DNA of 63,774 nucleotides, filler included, from Globobulimina sp. (taxonomy: Eukaryota): assembly GCA_003354225.1 (NCBI GenBank). It is 46 parts of 46 records of this genome, joined end to end, with 100 filler letters (N's around TTAATTAATTAA, not from the genome) between each part and the next. Parts side by side here need not be neighbours in the genome. Positions count along the whole stretch, not along the records: positions 1 to 1,290 come from PIVH01019337.1; positions 1,391 to 2,680 come from PIVH01019338.1; positions 2,781 to 4,070 come from PIVH01019339.1; positions 4,171 to 5,460 come from PIVH01019340.1; positions 5,561 to 6,850 come from PIVH01019341.1; positions 6,951 to 8,239 come from PIVH01019342.1; positions 8,340 to 9,628 come from PIVH01019343.1; positions 9,729 to 11,017 come from PIVH01019344.1; 38 more parts are not named here. One strand, written 5' to 3'. Both the position numbers and the translations under genes were made by a program. The first letter of the stretch is position 1; each line of letters starts with the position of its first letter. The notes below the pieces were generated by a model. It was not told where the DNA came from. It made no database searches and was given only the letters and a program-made list of their open reading frames with translations. Shown piece by piece: positions 1 to 11,117 of this stretch.

Positions 1-1
1 G

Positions 2-1290
2 GTCATTTTCCATGTATCATATGGCGAGGTCATTAATTGCCAGAAAAATGTAGACGCAGAGTGCAGTTGTAATCCTACAAAATCTGGAGAAATATGCACC
101 TTAAAGTTTATATCCATTTACCTGCAATATATACCTAACACAGCAAATATTTAATTTTCCTCAATATTATTCAGTTGCAATAGTACTAACAAACAATGCT
201 GGAATGACATTCTACGATGCAGAGACAATGATGATTGCATAATTAATTGTGAAAAAGCCCGTGGATGCCAAGGGGCGCAACTCATCTGTCCAGCCAATGC
301 TAACTGTATACTTCATTGCAAACCAGGTGTCCAAGCTGTTTGTGATAGACTCAGTATCAATATCACTAATCTATTAAGCTATCAATGTACTGGAGATTGT
401 CCAATTGTGGCCACACAGTATGATTAATATATATATATATATATATATTTATCCATACAATCAACAAATTACATCATTAATTAGACCATCACCAATTACA
501 CAAATTCCCACTTCAATGCCAACGATATCACCTACGTTGAGGTTAGAAATACCGCCAATTAGCACAATACTCACAACGCTTGGATTGCAAACTCAAAATA
601 CGGAAAAACCAACGAATTATGGGGATGGCTCAGTTAATGAGCAAACAACGCAATCGTTCGAATATGAAAACGTTAACACGATTGTTTCAGATAACAATAG
701 CAAAAGTTTTGTTGTACATGTAGTGCTTATGCTTTTTTCCTTGGGATAAAGTGTCAAGTTTTTATATTTTTGTTTTGTTTTATAAGTCACAATGACAATG
801 ATTCTGGTTTGCGGTGTATTTGGATTCGTAGTTTGTGCAATGATATTATTTCATTTATTTGGTTGTTTTTATTGTAAACCGGTTGTTAAAGAACAGTTAA
901 ATGATCTTTCCGTTCGGCGCTCGCAAATGTAGCAAGAATCAGATCATGTTACTGATAAGTTACTGGTCTAATTCATGCATCGTTTGTGAGCGGGAAAAGC
1001 TGTTCGATGTTTTTAAATATTGCAACAACATAATTATATATTTAGACACAACAGACAGAGAACAGAACACATTGCGTCAAACTCCAGCACAGATACAGCA
1101 CAGACGCAGACACAGTGCACTGTCGGCTCCACAGAATCATCCCAGAGACCTCAAGTAAATGTTTCTCATATAATACAATCAGCGCAGAATGATGACGAGG
1201 TATTGCCATCGGATGAGGAGGATGCTGCAACAAAAGGGCATATGCGTAAATATAGTGAAGAAGCAGAAATTGTATTCTATAAAATGCAAA
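2..1290 (+). CDS. Partial Cys-rich type I membrane/surface protein with Pro/Thr stalk and one TM helix (multi-exon)
   Basis: Manual splicing of GT-AG introns 106-174, 418-484, 706-786, probably 882-932, and 959-1045 gives CQKNVDAECSC...CIINCEKARGCQGAQLICPANANCILHC...PTSMPTISPT...ILVCGVFGFVVCAMILFHLFGCFY. Confidence 0.7.
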
Positions 1291-1390
1291 NNNNNNNNNN
1301 NNNNNNNNNNNNNNNNNNNNNNNNNNNNNNNNNNTTAATTAATTAANNNNNNNNNNNNNNNNNNNNNNNNNNNNNNNNNNNNNNNNNNNN
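1291..1390. other. Artificial contig linker (44 N + TTAATTAATTAA + 44 N), repeated about every 1.39 kb (45 copies)
   Basis: Identical spacer recurs throughout. TTAATTAATTAA gives stops in all six frames. Flanking segments are near-identical in length, as in a length-sorted assembly. Confidence 0.99.
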
Positions 1391-2680
1391 ATGGATAAAA
1401 TTGCCATCAAAGATTTCGTGGAATTAAAGTCAAATAAGCGGTATCTGAACATTAATTATACGCGCAATTATTTGAATACCAATAATATACCGACGAACAA
1501 TGATAAATCGCATATTATAACTTTCCAAGATCATTATTATCAAAAATTAATGCAATTCAAATTAGAATATATCAAAATAATGCCAATCATCAAATCATTC
1601 CAAGAAAGTATGATAAGAGATAACCAAACGCGTATTTTGCAGCATAAGACACCAAATTATGTGATCTCAAAAAGATGTGTTATGGCCGGATTTTGTGCAA
1701 AGTTCGGTGAGCAGACAGCCAAAAACGTCATAAAATACGCAATCAGAGAAGAAATTTGGTGGTGCCGCAATAATAAAAACGATGAAAAATGCATCTTATT
1801 CCTAAATAAATATGAATATGACATATTCGTTAAAGATCAGATGCGAATCGCACGAAAACTGAATGATTGGTTGGCAAATTATCGAAATTATGATTTGACG
1901 ATGAATGGCATTGATACGCATCCCCATTCTAAAAGTTTTGTGATTTTAGGCATGGAATTAGATCAAAAATTGACATTTAGTATGCACGCAAATACTATCT
2001 TGAAAAATATGAGAACGATTCGGCGTAGCTGCTATAAGCTAATATGCAGCAAAAATCACAGAATAAGTGCCGGCGTTACAAAGTATTATATTGACTCGAC
2101 AGCGATGGTGCTATTAAACTATGCGGGATCTACGTATCTTAATTTGATTGAAAACAATAAGATTCGCATCGAATATAATAAATTGATGAAGACTCTCAAT
2201 CATAAATTGTATACGCTGTCTAATTTGGAACGTGCAAACTTTAATGGATTTAATACATACGAAACGTTCATAAAACGGCTGAATGCAAAATCATTCTCAA
2301 AACTAATGAGATATAATAAGAATAATGCAATGCATGAGAAAAAGCGTATGTTTATCAAAGAAATCTTACCATTTTATAATAAAATTAGTAATAGGCACGA
2401 CACCCAAAGTAAGTTCAAAGTAATACCAAAAGAGAAACAAAAAAAATACCATCTTTTGGCGATGGTATATGGCCGCGGTGGAATTAGGGACAACAGACGC
2501 AATCACATATATTCGTAGAGGGTTTGTAGAACGTTTTCCGTATAATTTCGTTCCGGCTCCAATTCCAAACTCAATTGAATTTATCAAATACGAAAATATG
2601 TGGAAAGACGAAATGGTACAAAAGAATAATTTGTACTTTCTTCCCGATGGGTCACTGTATCCATATGATAATAATCCAAG
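1391..2680 (+). mobile_element. Non-LTR retrotransposon ORF2 fragment (post-RT region leading into RNase H), frameshifted
   Basis: ILGMELDQKLTFSMHAN matches the LINE RT thumb motif LGxxxDxKLxF. After a frame change near 2460-2518, LYFLPDGS resembles the RNase H start (Y)TDGS. Confidence 0.7.
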
Positions 2681-2780
2681 NNNNNNNNNNNNNNNNNNNN
2701 NNNNNNNNNNNNNNNNNNNNNNNNTTAATTAATTAANNNNNNNNNNNNNNNNNNNNNNNNNNNNNNNNNNNNNNNNNNNN

Positions 2781-3482
2781 CAGAACATAGTTTTGTTACT
2801 TCCATTTCATCAAAATACATTATATCAGAATTGGCTGTTAATAATGCTCTACCATTAAATGTGGTTGTTCCTAATTCAAAATTTGTTAAACATACACTGT
2901 ATAATTGACCTCCATCGGCTGCGTATTTTTCATGCCATTGATAATATGAAAGATGTTCAAATTGTAAATGAATCTGATCCTATTTATATATATTGTACAC
3001 ATCATACAATTTAATATGAAAAACATTTGTATTTTGCTTGATTGTTTTTGCAAAACTTGATGTTGGACAATTAAGAAAGGGAATGGATCTTTGAATAATT
3101 TTGTAATAAACTCTTCCATAACATCTTGACATCCAATTAACGGTAATTCTAATGTGATATGATAGTCTGTGCCAAACGTTTGCTGCTCAAAATCTGTACA
3201 TGGTGCTTGATCACGCGATTCTATATTAATTATACACCAATTTAGTAGCAGGTTTGTCGGGATTTTGCGCGGATAATTATTTTTTTACATGCCTGTCCGT
3301 AAAAGATATCGATAACAAATCTCAGGACTTTGATACCAAAATCCTAAATATTCGAAAATCCATTGAGATCCATCTGGCGTGCATGCGGTGGGTTTTTGCG
3401 CAATAAAGAATGGATCTTGTTCGTATTGTTGAGACCTTGAACATAATACCATTAATAATATAGCCAATGCTGATTGTTTCAT
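2781..3482 (-). CDS. Secreted hypothetical protein, 5' part, with introns
   Basis: Signal-like MKQSALAILLMVLCS. Downstream exons (…IESRDQAPCTDFEQQTFGTDYH…, …DQIHLQFEHLSYYQWHEKYAADGGQLYSVCL…) are separated by AT-rich GT-AG gaps. Confidence 0.5.
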
Positions 3483-3522
3483 CTTTTTGTTGGCAATGTG
3501 TTAAATTCAGATGCAGTAAGAT

Positions 3523-4023
3523 ATGACAGCTAAAAAACTTGTAGTAGCAAAGCATGAAAACATTTTAGCAGTAGATGTTCTGTTTGATGGTATTTATAAT
3601 CTCTGGAATTGGAAGGAAATAAAAAACTGTCCTGGACGGTATGTATTGAAGAAGCAAGTTTGTAATCAATTATCACCCATATATTTTATGAGGAAAACTC
3701 TACATAAATGGAACCAACATAATCAAAACAATGCTATTGAATCAATTCATATCAATGATAATCATCTATTCGAATTGAAGGAAACGTTTGGTTTAAAAAA
3801 TGATAAAATATTCCTAATATTTTTCAAAGATCAAGGAGGTGTAATGTCATATCAAAAAAATATGGAAAACAAGGATGATCATGCAATTAAACAACAAATA
3901 TATGTTCATACATTGAATAAGCCATCTGGCATGTTGCGGAAATTGAAATCAATGAACGTAAGCTCTCACTACAACAAAAAGACGAACACTGTTATTGTCA
4001 AAGAAAAATATGCCAACAAATAA
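3523..4023 (+). CDS. Small conserved-looking hypothetical protein
   Basis: 166-aa ORF with motif-like blocks WKEIKNCPGRY, GGVMSY and YVHTLNKPSGMLRKL. Confidence 0.6.
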   Translation: MTAKKLVVAKHENILAVDVLFDGIYNLWNWKEIKNCPGRYVLKKQVCNQLSPIYFMRKTLHKWNQHNQNNAIESIHINDNHLFELKETFGLKNDKIFLIFFKDQGGVMSYQKNMENKDDHAIKQQIYVHTLNKPSGMLRKLKSMNVSSHYNKKTNTVIVKEKYANK

Positions 4024-4354
4024 ATTGGAGAAACACGGACAACAAGAATTATTTAGAAAATATATGTAACNNNNNNNNNNNNNNNNNNNNNNNNNNNNNN
4101 NNNNNNNNNNNNNNTTAATTAATTAANNNNNNNNNNNNNNNNNNNNNNNNNNNNNNNNNNNNNNNNNNNNATTTGAAAAACTATTTGATAATTCTAGCTA
4201 TTTCTATGTTATATTTCTAATAATAAATTTTATTCATTTAGTGTTTTACATTGACTTTCAATTTCATCATTCAATTTTAACATCCATATCATACATTATT
4301 CGATGCGCCTCTATGACCATCAATGATATTTTCAGTCAAGTCACCGCAGCAATC

Positions 4355-5386
4355 ATGTCCATATTACTCCTTGTTTGTATTTGTAGGTTAATTGTAGCCG
4401 ACAACACCAATGCTTACTCAAACACAGTGATTCCAGTGATTGATCTGAGGCAAACTGAAGAAACAATTATATCAAAGTTGTATTCTGCAGCAACTCAATA
4501 TGGTTTTTTCTATTTAATTGGACATAATATATCATTTGAAGTGAAAAACAAATTATTTTATGAAATGAAATTATTATTCAATTTGGACGATTCAATAAAA
4601 AATCAATTGCTTTATGTACCAGGTACTAATTTTGGTTATACACCGTTTGCGGCCGAGACATTGAATAAAACATTGTCAAATTATGGTGATCAAAAGGAAG
4701 GGTATTATATTTGTGACGATTACATACAATACAATGAAGACAATGGATGGAGTTACAAAAACATATGGCCTCCAAATGATTTGTTACCGCAATTTAAACA
4801 AAGTGCAATAAATTATTTCAACGCAATGAAACATTTAGGATACAAAATGAATGAATATGTGGCTTTATCTTTAAATTTATCACGGAATTATTTGAACCAA
4901 GATCAGATATTTGGTGACAATCCATTGCCAGTTTTAAGAATGTTACATTATTTCCCGATAATATCAGACATTGAAATTGGTAGATTTGCTGCTGGACAGC
5001 ACACAGATTATGGTATGATGACATTTTTAGTAACTGACGGAAAGCAGGGATTGCAAATATTGCATAATGAGCAATGGATTGATGTTAAAGAGTTAAACGG
5101 TGCGATTGTAGTAAACATTGGTGATGAATTAGAAATGAGTACAAATGACCATTTTTTATCCAGCAAACATAGAGTTGTTATGAGGGAGGCATTGGATCGA
5201 TATTCTGCTGCTTTTTTCTGGGAACCAAGTCTTGATCATATTGTAAAATGTGTTGAAACCATCTGTGGTGAGAATGCAAAGGAAATACCAAAATATGAGC
5301 CAATTACGCATAGAGACCACCTTACAAAGAAATTTAGCGCGGCATATGACACTGTTAACAATGCCATTTGGAAGGATGAGTTGTGA
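4355..5386 (+). CDS. 2-oxoglutarate/Fe(II) dioxygenase, IPNS/DIOX family, with signal peptide and KDEL
   Basis: IPVIDL and YGFFYLIGHNI (DIOX_N), HTD…H iron triad, RYS co-substrate motif, N-terminal MSILLLVCICRLIVA, C-terminal WKDEL*. ATG at 4355 is in frame with ORF 4241-5386. Confidence 0.92.
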   Translation: MSILLLVCICRLIVADNTNAYSNTVIPVIDLRQTEETIISKLYSAATQYGFFYLIGHNISFEVKNKLFYEMKLLFNLDDSIKNQLLYVPGTNFGYTPFAAETLNKTLSNYGDQKEGYYICDDYIQYNEDNGWSYKNIWPPNDLLPQFKQSAINYFNAMKHLGYKMNEYVALSLNLSRNYLNQDQIFGDNPLPVLRMLHYFPIISDIEIGRFAAGQHTDYGMMTFLVTDGKQGLQILHNEQWIDVKELNGAIVVNIGDELEMSTNDHFLSSKHRVVMREALDRYSAAFFWEPSLDHIVKCVETICGENAKEIPKYEPITHRDHLTKKFSAAYDTVNNAIWKDEL

Positions 5387-5805
5387 GAGACATTGATGAA
5401 CAAAATTCATAAATCCGCATAATTTTCTATATTTCTAATTTAATTAATTAAAGTCAAAAANNNNNNNNNNNNNNNNNNNNNNNNNNNNNNNNNNNNNNNN
5501 NNNNTTAATTAATTAANNNNNNNNNNNNNNNNNNNNNNNNNNNNNNNNNNNNNNNNNNNNAATATGATGTTCTTTTCAGCCTTTGATTGTTGGGAGGATG
5601 AACACTCCGAACTTGATAATATATATATTACACAATTATATTTTGGTATAAATGGTGTTAGTCTGTAAAGATAGTGGTATTCTTGTACCTGGATAGGGTC
5701 TGCGTTGTACTCGGGACTGTAGACATGATTTAGTTAAAATGACAATATGTTTTCAAAAAAAAACAACGTTACTTTTCTTTAACTCAAATATTAATCACAC
5801 ACAAA

Positions 5806-6850
5806 ATGGAAGCTTCTCGAACTAAATGCGGTTTCTCTGACGAATTCGAGTTCAAACGTAACATTCAATATCAACCTTTACCACAAATCATAAAAGCTAC
5901 TGCTTCGAAAGCAAACAATCTAATTACAAGTTAAATAACCATAACAAATAGCAATGTACACAAAATAAAATATATTGATTCCCGTAAAACTGAGGGTATT
6001 TCAAATTGTATACAAACAGATAACATCAATGCAATACAATGTAATAAATCAACACTATTTAAAGTATTGCCAATTCTCGAATGGATATCATGTTATAACT
6101 TATCATGGTTTAAAAAAGATTTGATTGCAGGCATAACAGTGTCAATCATCTCAGTGCCACAGTCATTGGCCTATGCAGTATTAGCGGGTTTACCGCCAGT
6201 ATGGGGATTATATGCATCTATAATGCCGGTAATGGCATATATGATCTTCGGAACCTCCACACAAATGGCAGTGGGACCTGTGGCCACCACATCAATTATG
6301 TTTGCATCCGTCGTCGAAAAAATTGCGAGCGGAGGTAATGAATTAGAATACGAACAAATAGCAATAGCATTATCATTTGTGACTGGTATTATGTTGATTT
6401 TGTTTGGTTTATTACGCGCTGGCTTTATAACACTGTTCCTCTCAACGCCTGTCATGGTTGGTTTTATTACGAGCGCCGCTTGCATTGTGTTAACGGAACA
6501 ATTCCGCTCCTTGCTCGGTTTGGATATAGTTAAGAATTTGCATCATTGCATAACTATGTGTATACACTGTAAATTGTATACTATTTAGCCACGCTCGCCG
6601 GTATTGTATGAGACTGTGATGAATATATTCAATTCAATACACACCTTACACACAAAAACAACATTAGTGGCAGTTATCTCTTTATTTCTATTGTGTGCAC
6701 CCAAGTGGTTTCCGGATAAAATACCAAAATGGGTTCCGATGCCGTTATTTGTTCTGATTATAATGGTGATAGCATCGTGGTTGTTAGACTTGCAATCTTT
6801 GGGTGTTTCAGTGGTTGGAAATGAAGTCGAAACTGGCATTCTTGTACCGA
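5806..6850 (+). CDS. SLC26/SulP anion transporter, 5' part
   Basis: DLIAGITVSIISVPQSLAYAVLAGLPPVWGLYAS and GTSTQMAVGP signature; introns 5930-6019 and 6529-6588 restore the frame. Confidence 0.93.
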
Positions 6851-6950
6851 NNNNNNNNNNNNNNNNNNNNNNNNNNNNNNNNNNNNNNNNNNNNTTAATT
6901 AATTAANNNNNNNNNNNNNNNNNNNNNNNNNNNNNNNNNNNNNNNNNNNN

Positions 6951-8239
6951 TTACGAACGAATAATTAAACGATTTAAACTTATTTGCATTTCCATTGTTT
7001 TTGTTCGGAAGTGGCACTTCTTCAGAAATGTGTGCTTCCTCTTCTATAATTGGTGTGATGGCAAAACCGGCACTTTGAGCTGTAATTTGTGCTGGTTTTT
7101 GATGCTGTAATTTGTGCAAACTGTTAGCTATAATTTTGGTACTCACACTTCGTTGCATCAAATTCTTTTTAGATTGATGTTTTGAAGGAATATTCTGTGG
7201 ATGTTTTTTATTTGAAATTAAATTAATTGCCCTTAGTGTCAATATTTGAGTTTGTGAACTCCTCTGTTCATAAATTAATTGCGATCGCGATGCAGATACA
7301 GATAAATTATCTAAGTCTTTTTTAATATCATACCTAATTTGCCAGCATATATTTCCAACACCAAATAACAACATAAATCCACAAACTCCCCAACTAATAT
7401 ACCATGCAAAATTAATCAAATCCACAAACTGTGAATTATTTGCCATTACAACGTATCCATACTGTGATTCAGTCGCATTCAATATCAATTTGTGCATAGA
7501 TTGTGAAAAAAAATCTAAATATATCATACTGAATGGAAAGACACTCACATAATATCCTGCTGCTTTGTCATACAATAATTTAACAGCATCGCCAGATGAT
7601 TCAATATCTGTTGTATTATTTCGTATATAATTCATAGATTTGGCAATCAAATCATTATCACTTTTGCAACTCATCTCGACACAATCATCAATACCTTGTA
7701 TATCTACTTCGTATTCCGACGATAATACCACTTCCAAATTATCTGTAACTACCATTAAAATACTGCCAACTGGCAAATTATTGAAAGTGGTCTGATGATT
7801 CTGATCGGATAAAGTATTCACTGTGATCTCTGCCAATAATATTAACAATGTGCCATCCTCTATGAATGAGGAAACCAATGCCATGCCGGCATAGCCATTT
7901 ACAAACGAATATGGTGCAGTCCACCCAGCTTTATTGACACCTAATGTGTTAACAGCAAACTGATACCATGGCCGTTGTCTCGGTTCATATGGTTCTAACG
8001 CATATTTACGATTTAAATCGCGTTGTTTTGTGAGAGGGTTATAATAATATTCATGGCTGACACTGCCGTTATACTGACTTATAATCATTTCATTATCGGA
8101 GTGGTGTCTGAAAGCTCCAATAAATCCATTTGTATCGTTGTTATACAACCACAATGCCCATACATTATCTGTCTCAGATATCTCACTGAATGATGCCAGA
8201 TATTGATCGAATTTGTAGATATTAGTATCGTATATATCT
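6951..8239 (-). CDS. Membrane protein with extracellular Cache (dCache-like) sensor domain, partial
   Basis: YEPRQRPWYQ…GWTAPYSF motif followed by a TM helix (AWYISWGVCGFMLLFGVG) and a cytoplasmic tail. Confidence 0.7.
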
Positions 8240-8339
8240 NNNNNNNNNNNNNNNNNNNNNNNNNNNNNNNNNNNNNNNNNNNNTTAATTAATTAANNNNN
8301 NNNNNNNNNNNNNNNNNNNNNNNNNNNNNNNNNNNNNNN

Positions 8340-8937
8340 ATGTCGCCGTTCATTATTTTGATCATAATACCAATTAAAGCTACTATGCACAACACATAAT
8401 AATACCACAATAATCCCATCAAATCTGTGCTCATTTTTATAATATTCGTTGTTAATAATGTCAGTGATATTCGTTTTTATGTCTCTATGGGTCCTTCCAT
8501 ACGCAATCGCAAAATTATCCTGTTTTTCCATCTCCCTTTGTTCTTTTGCATCGACAAAGGTGAATTTGTTTGATTTTGTTGATAAACAAATGACAAATGG
8601 ATTGTATATATGGTTCTGTGGATAGCCATACTTCAGCATACGTCGAATATCCATCGGATTTATACGTCTCTCCTTTAAATAACATTATCACACAAGTACG
8701 TCTACATATATATACTGCACAGAATCAGATCAAACATACATTTAATTCGAATTCACTCGCTTTCTCTGCTTCCTTGGAATTCTTGGTTCCCATCTCTGAC
8801 TTTGAATGAATTGCTGTTCCTTTTGTTCTATTAAAGGTTAGTTTCTTGTCTTTTATTGCTCTAAACAACATGTACACAAATGCACTGCCTATCACTATAC
8901 AGATAATGGTCAACGTTAATGTTGTTTGAAAGTACAT
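8340..8937 (-). CDS. Hypothetical protein with N-terminal TM anchor (intron-containing, partial)
   Basis: ORFs 8725-8937 and 8292-8654 on the same strand are separated by an intron-like gap. Confidence 0.45.
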
Positions 8938-9016
8938 TCTTGTTGATGAAAATATAAAAAAACTCGGAAGTAGCGTTAATTCCTTAACAATCCAAGCGTT
9001 AATAGTTTAAAGAAAT

Positions 9017-9628
9017 ATGGCGCAAGATCCAAATGTTAAAAAGGAAGTGCCTAAAAACATCGCAGCGATAGTGTCCAAAATGCCGTTAACTGATGAAGAT
9101 GAAAACGCATTAAAAGTAACAAATATTCGTTATTTAGAACATATCCGTGTTGGAATCTATGGATTGAAAAATGATGTAATTAAAACAGGGGAACATGTGT
9201 TGTCCGTTGAATGCGTGGTTGAGAATGCAGCCGACGATGATATAAAATCAGAGGATTGCGACGTCATTGAGAAAATATTAGTATTTAAAGAGAATAATGT
9301 CGAAGTGATAGAGTTAGAGGATAAGATATTAATGGATGATGTATCAATATCCCAATGTGTGGAATACACTTTTTATGAGAATGGGCCATGGTTTATTGGT
9401 GAAATAACATTGCCATCGTTGGAGTATTACCGTCGATCGAAATTTGCAGTTTGGCAAAAACAAATCACTGAACCAGTTTGCGAAGCTGCATTCAAAAGGC
9501 TTTTGTGCATTGGATTAATTACTACAATTTTTGACCGCATTGTATTTGCATCGCCTGAGGAGGAGAAAAAAGAATATATTGTAAAGGTATTATATAAATA
9601 TGTATCAATAATATGTAAATTGTAAGTA
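9017..9628 (+). CDS. Hypothetical protein (partial)
   Basis: 202-aa ORF with protein-like composition; probable donor GTATTA near 9587. Confidence 0.6.
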
Positions 9629-9728
9629 NNNNNNNNNNNNNNNNNNNNNNNNNNNNNNNNNNNNNNNNNNNNTTAATTAATTAANNNNNNNNNNNNNNNN
9701 NNNNNNNNNNNNNNNNNNNNNNNNNNNN

Positions 9729-9928
9729 GCATATCAAAATGTTTTTCTGTACCCAATGTTTTGCCTATCAAAAAAAGCAATATCCAACTACACTGTATTT
9801 ACATAAAAAGCAGTGGCTAAACAGTAAATATACTGTTTGACTATTTGTTTTTTCAAAGAAAAACAGTGGAAGTGGATATTGTTTTTTTGATAGCAAAACA
9901 TGGGGTACAGAAAAATGTTTTGATATGC
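9729..9928. mobile_element. Degenerate foldback/MITE-like element (~200 bp)
   Basis: ~70-bp imperfect inverted arms (9729-9800 vs 9859-9928) plus a central AAACAGTA/TACTGTTT hairpin. Confidence 0.7.
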
Positions 9929-10004
9929 GCCATCTCATGCCAGTGGTGGACGCTCAACTGCAAAAGTCGAACTCCGATCACCCCGGAGGGTTTTTGAAAA
10001 AACA

Positions 10005-11017
10005 ATGTCAACAACACAGTCAACACTGTCCTTTCTGCAACACGAACCGAGCAAAGGTTGCAAGATACTATTCCAAGACGACAAGACAAATTCAACTCAA
10101 TTGTGGGAGATATTCGATTTCTTATTATGGCGTTGTATGCAAAATAGCAAATATTCATTAAACACATTAGTTGCATGGTATCGCAATCTGCTCTCATTAG
10201 GCGATGATTTTAATTCGGTATTTTGTTCATCGTCGCATAAATTTGTATGTGGAGTGACAATCTGTAGCGGAGATCCAATATATCGATGTCGAACCTGCCA
10301 ATCCGACAATAATACCTTAATTTGTGTGGACTGCTTCAAGAACAGTGACCATTCGGGACACGATTGGTTCGCCACCTTTACCTCAGGCAGCGGCTGTTGT
10401 GATTGCGGTGATCCATTAAGTTGGGATCCCATTGGTTTCTGCACAAATCATCCCGGTCCATCAGCTGGCGACAATATTGAAATTACAAAAAATATTGAAT
10501 ATGTTGCACGTTTATTATCTGCCTATATTATTTACATTATTTCACATTCATTCAATGACAATAATAGCTGTTGCGATGTTATTTATTTATCAAATTACAA
10601 TCAATGCAAAAAATCCGTGTTTTTTAAATCTTTCCTCCGATCTCATCCGCAATTAAACAAAAATGAAAACACTTCGGTGAATGTCCGAAATAATAATAAT
10701 AACACTCGGAGTGTGGCATTGCAGCAATTAATGAACAGTCCATTGTGGGGCTTTTTGTCCAATAACAATAACAATGAAGATTTAGCAAATAATGAATTAT
10801 CCGATCTTATGAATGTAATACGCAATGAGTCGCAAATGGAAATCGATGGCGATGCTGATGAGGACAATAAATATGAAAACGAAAACGAAGCCAAACACTT
10901 TCAACTAAAACTAAGAGATATAAACGCAATAAATGATGATTTTGTGGCTTTTAAAAATATGCAAAAAGAGTCAAAATTACATGATAAATATTTACAGATT
11001 GCAATGAAAAATACGGC
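10005..11017 (+). CDS. UBR-box N-recognin E3 ubiquitin ligase, N-terminal part
   Basis: CG…IYRCRTCQSDNNTLICVDCFKNSDHSGH…GCCDCGDPLSW…FCTNH is a zf-UBR. Confidence 0.92.
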
Positions 11018-11117
11018 NNNNNNNNNNNNNNNNNNNNNNNNNNNNNNNNNNNNNNNNNNNNTTAATTAATTAANNNNNNNNNNNNNNNNNNNNNNNNNNN
11101 NNNNNNNNNNNNNNNNN

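Noticed and set aside
930-932. In-frame TAG (with the dynein TAA) as evidence of stop-to-Gln recoding
   Set aside because: The TAG fits the acceptor of a 51-nt intron (882-932). Long ORFs use CAA/CAG for Gln, and genes such as the Rab end at TAA.
6171-6485. Antisense ORFs overlapping identified genes (here and many others in the track)
   Set aside because: Shadow frames of well-supported genes on the opposite strand.
8340-8654. Caspase-like domain (NPFVICL…FDGIIVV)
   Set aside because: The catalytic HG motif is absent and the similarity is too weak.
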